Source: Octopus sinensis | Taxonomy: Eukaryota | DNA: 64,000 nucleotides | Assembly: GCF_006345805.1 (NCBI RefSeq) | Contig: NC_043005.1 | Span: 94,798,001 to 94,862,000, forward strand | Direction: 5' to 3' | Notes under the pieces: model-generated | The model's input: only the letters and a program-made list of their open reading frames with translations | Databases searched by the model: none | Told to the model about the DNA's origin: nothing | Position numbers and translations under genes: made by a program | In this document: positions 54,860-64,000 of the stretch, in pieces | Layout: every line of letters starts with the position of its first letter | How positions within the stretch are numbered: the stretch's first letter is position 1

Positions 54860-55529
54860 ATCTAAGTATCACTCACCCACATATGGGGTGTGAGTGCACG
54901 TACAAATGATATTCTCACATGCACATGCACGCATACTTACTACTACTACCTCTCCTCCTCCTCTTCCTGCTACTACTACCTCTCCTCCTCCTCCTACTAC
55001 TACTACGAGCACTACTTGTGGTCTCTGTTTTGGCGGATGTTAATGTTCGCATTTTTGTTGCTGATGTTATGGGTGTTGCTGCTGCCGTTCTTTTTTGTTG
55101 TTGCTTAACCCTGAACTTTCACCGGTTTCAGCACATAAAACCGAATCAATAGGACCTATGCCTAAAATCGGTCCTGCCATGACCGCCATGTCTATTTGTT
55201 TATCTATAACTACATAGCCAATGTGTTCTTTTGTCATTTTTAAATGTGATTTGAGGGAGATTCTTTACTACTTCTGGCAGATCAAGGCACTGTGTAGAGT
55301 CACCGTTTCGTTCGCGATGCTGATTTGAGTGGTGTTGTTGCTGTTGTTGCAGACGATGTTAAACGCACATACTATATGTGTATATATACACATACATACA
55401 CTCACAAATATTCATATATTGACACACACACTACGCACATATACATACATATAGAGATCTATAACCATACACACACACACATATATATTTATATAAATGT
55501 GTATATAGTATATGCATATATAAGTGTAA

Positions 55530-55592
<63 letters not shown>

Positions 55593-55734
55593 TGTATATA
55601 TATATATATATGTATGTATATATATATGTATGTATATATATTTATGAATGTATATATGTGTATGCGTGTATGTGTAAGTATGTGTGTGTTTCGTACAAAC
55701 ACATATATATATATACATACATATATAATATATA

Positions 55735-55789
<55 letters not shown>

Positions 55790-57149
55790 ATATATATACG
55801 CACATATATATAATATATATAAATGTATATATATATAATATATATATATGTGTATGTATGTATACAAATACACATACATGCATATCTGTAGAGAGAGGGG
55901 GAGGGGAGAGAAGAGAGCATTGCCGCTGCTACTGCTATTGTCGCTGTTGTTGTTGCTGATGCAGAGGTTTAAAAGCAGACTAAACGGAAGCACGTGGATT
56001 CACAGTATCGTCTGCTCAATGAAAAAAAAAAGAAAAGCAAAAAGAAAAAAAGTAAACAGAAATGAAAAGGAAACAAGCGAACATCAGTAAGGAATGGGAT
56101 TTAAAGAGGTTGGAAACAAGTTGGTGATGGCGGTGGGGGAGGACAAACCGGAGAAAGGAACAATGCTCTTCAATAACGGACTCTTCAGCTATTAAATTAG
56201 GTCTTTCTCTTGACATAGGCAGTGTTGCACTTGCAAACGTAAATCTCCACCATTAAATATGAATAAACATGGATGTCTCGATTATATGTAGCTTGTAGTT
56301 TGGCTTTTATAGTTACAGACATGTTTTGTACATATGTCCCTATGCGTATGTGGGCGTGTGAGTATGTGTGTATGGTGCGTTTGGTGTTTCTGTCTATGTT
56401 TGTCTGTGCGATGTGTTTATGATTGTCTTTAAGTTTTTGAGAGTATGTGTGGTGTATGTATGTATGTTTGTATGTATGAATGTATGTATGAATATTTGTA
56501 TGTATGTATGTATGTATGCATGTACGTAAGAATGCATGTATGTATAAATGTATGTATGTATGCATGCATGTATGTATGAATGCATGTATGTATGTATATA
56601 TGTATGCATGTATGTATGTATGTATGAATGCATGTATATATGTATGTATGTATGTATGTATGCATGTATATATGTATGTATATATGTATGTATGTATGCA
56701 TGTATGCATGTATGTATATATGTATGTATGTATGTATGTATGCATGTATATATGTATGTATGTATATATGTATGTATGTATGTATGCATGTATGTATTTA
56801 AATGTATTCGTCAGTGGGTGTATTAGTGCATGTTTGAGTGTGTGCGCGCATGTATATGTGTATGTCTGTGTGCACACACGTATACGTTACGTATGTACAT
56901 GTGTGCGGTGTGATTGTGCGCATATTTGTGTGTGCGTCTGTGTGAGTGTTGAGTGTGTGTTTTAGTGTACGTTTAGGTTTGCTTCTGTCCTCGTGTATGC
57001 ATATGCGTATGTTTACTGCGTTGGCGTGTTTCGCATATATGCTGACGTACATGTGTGTGCGCGTTCGTGTATCTATGCACGTATTGTTATGTGTGTATAG
57101 GTGTTTATATATTGTTGTTGTTGCTGTTTTTATATCTGTGTTTTATCTT

Positions 57150-57408
57150 TTACTTGTTTCAGTCATTACATTGAGGCCATGCTGGGGCACAGCCTTGAAG
57201 AATTTCAGTCAAATAAATCGACCTCGGTACTTACTTATTGAGCATAACTTATTCTATCAATCTCTTTTCGCTAGGTGATGAGGATGTAAACACATCAACA
57301 CTGGCTGCCCTAGATTATAATATTTCAATATGGTCTTTCTTTTTAAGATGGCAGTGTATAATTTCTGCTATTTCTTGCAGGTCGAGTGATCATAATATAT
57401 ATACATAC

Positions 57409-57451
<43 letters not shown>

Positions 57452-57482
57452 ATATATACACATATATACATATATACATATA

Positions 57483-57521
<39 letters not shown>

Positions 57522-57750
57522 TATATATATATATATTATATATATATATATATATTATATATAATATATACATACATACATATATACGACGGGCTCCTTT
57601 CAGTTTCCGTCTACCAAATCCAGTCGCGAGGCTTTGGTCGGCCCGAGGCTATAGTAGAAGACACTCGCCCAAGGTACCACGCAGTAGGACTGAACCGGAA
57701 CCATGTGGTTCGTAAGCAAGCTACTTACCACACAGCCACTCCTACGACTA
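57150..57750 (-). mobile_element. SINE family A copy with an expanded internal (AT)n tract
   Basis: Head at 57590-57750 (reverse complement of GAGTGGCTGTGTGGTAAGTAGCTTGCTTAC); tail-like segment at 57150-57300. Confidence 0.6.
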
Positions 57751-57784
57751 TATATATATATGTATATATATATATATGTATATA

Positions 57785-57828
<44 letters not shown>

Positions 57829-57841
57829 ATATATATATATC

Positions 57842-57873
<32 letters not shown>

Positions 57874-57922
57874 CACACACACGCACATATATATATATAT
57901 ATAATATATATATATATAATAT

Positions 57923-57964
<42 letters not shown>

Positions 57965-59279
57965 CCTGGTCGCTTAGCCAGCGGGGAGGCGTCATTTGAA
58001 GGCTAAAACAATGCCAATTGCATTGTGACCAGCGATGTGTAGCAACATCTGATAGCCTGGTCGGTCACGGTGATCACGGTGATATATATATATATACTAG
58101 GTATGTGTGTGTAATGTATGTATATTCCACATTGAGTGCATTACCATGGCCAGAAAATGAAATAGAGCTGCCATTATTTTTTTCTGTATCCTATCATCTT
58201 TCCCTTTTTCCCTTGGTTGTGGCATGAAACTGTTGCTGTGAATAAAATCGTTTTATTCCGTTAAATTTTTCATCTTCAATATTCGCAGCAGGTGTGTTAG
58301 CAAGTTGGTTTTTATTGTAAATGGCTAGCTGCCAGCCATCGACTAAAGTAAACCTTATTGCACCTGGACCGGAAGTAGCAATAATTATTTCATAGCCTTC
58401 ACTATGATTTCTTAGCACTCCCTATCCTATCTATTCATCATAACCAATCAACAAGAAATGAAAAACCATTGTTTTTGTTATGTTAACTGGCTTGCTTGAT
58501 TGAGTGCCCGCTCTAGTAAACTGGTTCCGCTGAAATCTTACTGAAATTAGGAAGAATTTAATTGATGGTTAATTAGGACTGTCGAAGATACTTTGATTGT
58601 TTTCGAGAATTGTTTTAACTATTATTTATTTATAACATGATTTCTCGGAGGAGGGTAGCTAGCAATATCACTAACCTCTTTCAAACTATCCGAGGCGGAT
58701 GGAGGGAAATGAAGTATGTAATTTTCAGACTGGAGCCCTTGGACTGGAATGTTTTGAAGGATATGTAGTATTAAACCGGATGCTGGATTAAGTATACGAC
58801 TCAAGAACACAGACGGTCTTTCAAACAGGCTTCCACACAAATTCCGTCTACGAAATTTCAATCAAAACGCTTTGGCCGACTCGGAGTCATGACAGAAGAC
58901 ACTTGCTTAAAATGTTGCACTGTCGGATTAAACCAAACTACATAAAGCGAAACGAACTTCTTAACCACACAGCCATGCCTGTTTTGGCAAATGATTTGAT
59001 CCAAGAGGGTTTGTAGAAACTGGAATAATTGCACCATGGAGAAGTCAAGGCAGCCATTTTTAAATGCATATATGTCTACAAACCAGTGAGAAAGTCTCTA
59101 CACACTTACTCCAACTGACAGAAAAAGTAGCCGAGTCTCCAGCTAATCACATCTACCATCTTATTGAATTCAGTAGAAAGTGTCACATATTTTCGCACTG
59201 CTTCAGTAACTTGGTCAGTATATAAAAGATGGGCTACAGCAAATATTCTGCTCAATACCACAGATTTGCTTGTCAGTTG

Positions 59280-59757
59280 TTTGACCTTAACCAGTTGAGC
59301 ATGTCCCTTAGTGGCTGACGATGTGTGCATCTCTGATCACGAGCAGAAGTAGTGGGGGAGCATCATAGACATGTGTTGAGAGGGATTCTTTGGGTTTTGA
59401 ATAATTCACCTCTGGAAACATGGGTGGTTCTTTCAACATCCTTAAACAACCCTTATTCAGGGACCTTTTGAGCGGGATGGGCTACTCAACCTGAAGAAAT
59501 TTCTAACTGGGCCCCACCTGCAAGGTCATGTGCTGTTTATCTTGATATAAGATCACCATGTCGCGCACATATGGTTGTGACGCATGTTCCTGGTGTACCC
59601 TTATCAGACGGGTAGTCATGATGGGTATATTGGGCTTCGTATATTTTACCCCAGTGTCACTTTGATGGCATGAACTGCTCTCTCACTCAATAATGATAAT
59701 AATAATAATAACAATAATAATAATAATAATAATATAATAATAATAATAATAATAATA

Positions 59758-59817
<60 letters not shown>
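59280..59817 (+). mobile_element. Probable retroelement 3' end with a long (TAA)n tail
   Basis: GC-richer segment ending CTCTCTCACTC, followed directly by (AAT)n at 59690-59817; family not determined. Confidence 0.4.
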
Positions 59818-60311
59818 TCATCAGCCACGCTTTGCTTTCGTTTTCCTTTTAGTAAAAAAATAAAACGACTGCTAGTTGCTCCGTCAGCCCTATTCAAAAT
59901 TTAGATATAAAAACATGTTATATTAAGAATCATTAGTATAACGAGAAAAAATGAAATAGAACACAAACATGGGTTATATATATATGTAAAATAAAGTGAA
60001 TGCAGCTTCGAATGAGTGAGATGAAAAATTAAATGTTATAAAGTTACACTTGTCTACAGTAGTTACACAGCAATTTCTTCCAGATATGGACGAATATAAT
60101 TATAACTGTCGTACAGAATTCAAACAAACACTCACCGACTCACCGAACATGTAAAGAAAATGTTCTCTTTGTTATCGTTCGTTAACCTTTTCGCTTACTG
60201 TTGGGTCAATTTTTTTTTCCTTCTGGTAGAATGGTAATGGTAAATATCGATCATAAATCCATTTGTTTAATCTCCTTTTATGGTTACGTACATACTCCTA
60301 TCTTCGTGTGT

Positions 60312-60312
60312 A

Positions 60313-60393
<81 letters not shown>

Positions 60394-60394
60394 G

Positions 60395-60478
<84 letters not shown>
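60312..60478. repeat. (TATC)n array at the 5' flank of the 60482 fragment
   Basis: Direct read. Confidence 0.95.
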
Positions 60479-60481
60479 GCT

Positions 60482-61085
60482 AGCTATTTTTATCATACTT
60501 GTGGCTATGGCGAAAGAATGTATCTGGTGGACGCGCCTGAAAGGATTAGAGACAAACACTTTCCTCTCTGGTCAATCTCTCATCAACTTCTTCAAGTATC
60601 ACTTGAAGAGGAAAGTGAGAGTAGAGAGGCAAGTTTTGTCTAGTGAATGTTTTAAAAGAAGATGGGTGAATGTAGCAAGGATGGCACGTATGAATGACGA
60701 AGCCATCTTGACTATGATTCTATGAACCATAAAAATTAATACAGAGAGTTGCTTATTTGCAAAAAAAAAAAAAGAAATATAACATGTGACTTCATTGACC
60801 GAGGTTACCGTGGTCTTTTCCGTAGGCTTTTCTTTCCACGGGTAAACCTCACCTGTCCTCCCCTTTACACTTCATATTGACATTTCTGTGATAACGATCC
60901 CTATTATTCATTTTTTTCTCTCCCCTCCTTTTTTTAACCCCTCCCCTTTTTTTGTCCTTTTTCTTTCCTTTTACGATCCCTTTTGATCGAAAACCACCAC
61001 TCTCCTTTCTTTACCCCCAAAAGAAAAGCTCTACCTTGTAATTTGTTCTATCTGTGTGCAGCCCTGTGTGGCTAATAAAGAAACA
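60482..61085 (+). mobile_element. 604-bp 5'-truncated 3' end of the (TATC)n-targeting Tx1 family
   Basis: Encodes MAKECIWWTRLKGLETNTFLSGQSLINFFKYHLKRK (ORF2 C-terminus, as in 47114-49141); 3' junction AATAAAGAAACA|TATCT. Confidence 0.93.
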
Positions 61086-61349
<264 letters not shown>

Positions 61350-61767
61350 CTTTTGATAGTATTCGTTGACAGATCGACTCGTAAGTTAACTACTTATTTT
61401 ATTGTGTTTCTCGAAAAGTTTCGTTGTAAATTTTGCACACGGAGTGTGTAAGACACCCAGCTGTCGTCTGGGTGTGTTTTCCGGAGGGGATTATGCCCCT
61501 AGGGGCATTTTCAGCCTCAAATATATTTCACAATTTTGGCTGCAATAACTTGTTTTTTTAACATAATGTCGGCGAAGCGTTTCTAGTAAATTACGAGCGC
61601 TGTTCTCTTTCTTCTCGTTTGTATCCATTGTTTACGTTCCACATTGTCGTAGTGTTGTGACTTTCCAAACGCTCAACTTTCGTTTGAGCCTGTGTTAAAT
61701 ATAGAAATCGCCCATAAGGGCATTTTCAATCTATTTTTATTTTTTCTCTTGAAACAAAGAAATAATA

Positions 61768-63824
61768 ATGTCAAGAAATCTTATAGTGGAAAAATATTCA
61801 GCTATGTTTTCTGAAGAAAACTTTCCCAGTTTGCAAAATACAATCGACAAACGCGCTGACAGTAAAATGGATAATACTCAAACCACCACCACCACCACCA
61901 CCACCACGTCATCCACTACCTCAACTACCAACAACAACAACAATGACAACAAGAATAACAACAATTGCGACACCATTTCGATATCTGCTGCCTCGGCTGT
62001 CTCTTCTGCCACTGACACCACCACCAACAACAAAAACAACAACAACAACAACTCCGTTCAGACCTGTTTTACTCCAACAACAAAAACTGAAGTAAATAAA
62101 CAAAAAACTGTAACCACCAAACAAATTGACAAAAGCTACCCGACTACAGGGATAAATTATGAAAATAATTTTCCACCCCTTCCTACTTGCACAATCGAAC
62201 CAAACACACCAATTTTACAAACTGCAGCCAACAACAACATCACCACCAGCAACAACAATAACAAAACAACAACAAATTTCGCTGAGGCGATTAAAGAAAA
62301 AAAAACAACAATATATTTTACGGCTCAACAAATACAGGACACGAACATTACAATAACAGAATTAGATGGTATAGTGAAGATAAACATACCAGAAGAAATA
62401 TTGGAAGATGAAAAAAAAAGAACAATTATTTATAAAATAATTAATAAGAAAACAAAAAGCCCAGAGAAGGCTACCACAAGCAAAATAGAAAAATGCTTGA
62501 AACCCATCTGGAACTACAAAGACTATGTAACCTGGTGGAACAAGTTCGCCCACATACAAGTGGTTTTCCACACCGAAGAGTTAGCTAGACGTTTCTCAAC
62601 GCTAACTCTTCATTCAGATGAACTCCAACTTACACCAAGCTATCGGGGACAGAAAGTGACTAAGATCACTTTAAACAATGTCCCCAAAATAGCTAATAAT
62701 CTATGGCTTGTAAAGGCCTTATGTGTAAAAATGACAAATTTTACTATTTTAGAAACCACGGTCACGGAGCATAAAAACTGGGTGGGAAAAAAAGTAGAAT
62801 TTCTTCTACATATACATCAAGAAGACATAAAAAAATTACCCACCCAGATATGTGTATCAGACGACCACAAGTTGTATGTGGTCGTCGATGGCAGAAGACC
62901 ACGTTGCTACATATGCGGCAGTGAGCAACACCTAAACAAAGACTGCAAATCTGCCGCAAGAAAACAACAGCAACAACAACAGCAGCTGGAAAAAAACCCC
63001 AGATAAACCAGGTTTACTACCCACACCACGTTTTGCAGGAACAAACCTCACCAACCAAACAACCACACCAACTGCAGCACCAAGAACAGAAGCAACATCA
63101 CCAACAACAACAACCAAGAATAAACCAACTCCCAAACCAAGGACATCTGCCAAAAAGACACTCAGAGAAAATGAAGAAACAATTACAACTCCAAATCCCC
63201 ACAAAATTGAAACCCCAAACAACACAAAATACCCACACCCCACCTCCAAAGCCGCATACACCACAACCAAACGCTCACCAACCAACACCAACAACAAAAT
63301 CAACACAGTCGACAATAGACCCCAATATTTTCCCTCTTCAGGCTTTGATTCCTTTGATTTGTCATTAGACGAAGAAGACACGGAAGATTGGCAAATAGCC
63401 ACAGGGGGGAGAAGAAAAAGGGGAAAAAAAAGAAAAGAAAAAATAACATATAAAGCAGGAAGATACACCACTCCCGAAACAAAAACATCCACAGAAAACA
63501 AACACATCAACACAAACACACCATCATCAAACCCCCCCAACAATGTTGACAGCCATAAACACAAACAACCACGACCTAATGGAACACATTAGGTCAAACA
63601 CCAACATAACTGAAAACGACATAAAAACAAGTAACCATCCACACACAACACCACCACAACAGATTAAAATAATACACGTAACACAGAACACATACAGCAC
63701 CCTGAAATCTCTTTACCCTGATGCAGTAGGGATATTTCAAAAGTATTCATCGAAAAAACTGTACAAAAGCCTCATAGAAGAAGACCGTGAGGTGAAAGAC
63801 AAAGGACTTTCGAACAACAAGTAA
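61768..63824 (+). pseudogene. ORF1 with zinc knuckle; 412 aa open, then frameshifted
   Basis: MSRNLIVEKYSAMFSEENFPSL (cf. MSRNFIVERWSRSFMDQHFPSL); VDGRRPRCYICGSEQHLNKDC; EDWQIATGGRRKR; ends KGLSNNK*. Confidence 0.88.
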
Positions 63825-63892
63825 CCTTTTCTCTCTCTCTCTTTCCTTTTTTGCACTTTCTTTTCGTGTGTAAAACACAATTTTATCGGAAC

Positions 63893-64000
63893 ATGCTCAG
63901 AATAGGCAGTATAAATGTACGTGGTTTGGGGTCGCCTTGGAAACAAGGCTACCTGTTAAATGACATCAAATAACTAAATCTGAATATCATAGCCAAATAA
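63893..64000 (+). pseudogene. Start of ORF2 (APE), with an in-frame stop
   Basis: MLRIGSINVRGLGSPWKQGYLLNDIK*LNLNIIAK*. Confidence 0.85.

Larger units (their letters stand above)
61349..64000 (+). mobile_element. 5' part of a further Tx1 element (diverged relative of 27848-37273), running off the window
   Basis: Starts directly after (TATC)n; 5'UTR homologous to 37080-37273; ORF1 followed by the ORF2 start. Confidence 0.9.

Noticed and set aside
58194-58418. Protein-like ORF (GYEIIIATSGPGAIRF...)
   Set aside because: No recognisable domain or clear exon boundaries; cannot be supported without a search.

Overview
Repeat-saturated, non-genic eukaryotic DNA. It is most consistent with an octopod cephalopod, an inference from tRNA-derived SINEs resembling the octopus OK/OR families and an extreme (AT)n/(AC)n/(GATA)n load. 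No host protein-coding gene could be supported. The window is dominated by Tx1-clade (L1-group) non-LTR retrotransposons, whose ORF1 carries a CCHC zinc knuckle and whose ORF2 carries an APE endonuclease, RT and C-terminal CCHC. One family sits in a (TC)n array (511-5880). A second group has five insertions, all in (TATC)n arrays, in the same orientation relative to the array; the four visible 3' junctions are all followed by |TATCT (23882, 27848-37273, 46644, 60482, 61349). Two non-autonomous partners are also present. One is a 2.2-kb ORF1-only 'half-Tx1' element with a 15-bp TSD inside the tRNA-like head of a SINE (39045-41266). The other is a tRNA-derived SINE family whose last ~35 nt match the Tx1 3' end. 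All three share a 3'-terminal TCTGTGT-nnn-GCC-loop-GGC hairpin with compensatory changes, which suggests a three-tier Tx1 / half-Tx1 / SINE retrotransposition system keyed on one 3' RNA signal. The rest is decayed Tc1/mariner/maT, hAT and RLE-type remnants, non-autonomous Helitrons, MITEs, other SINEs and simple repeats. Most ORFs in the supplied track are microsatellite translation artefacts. Family assignments rest on motif recognition only; no database search was run.
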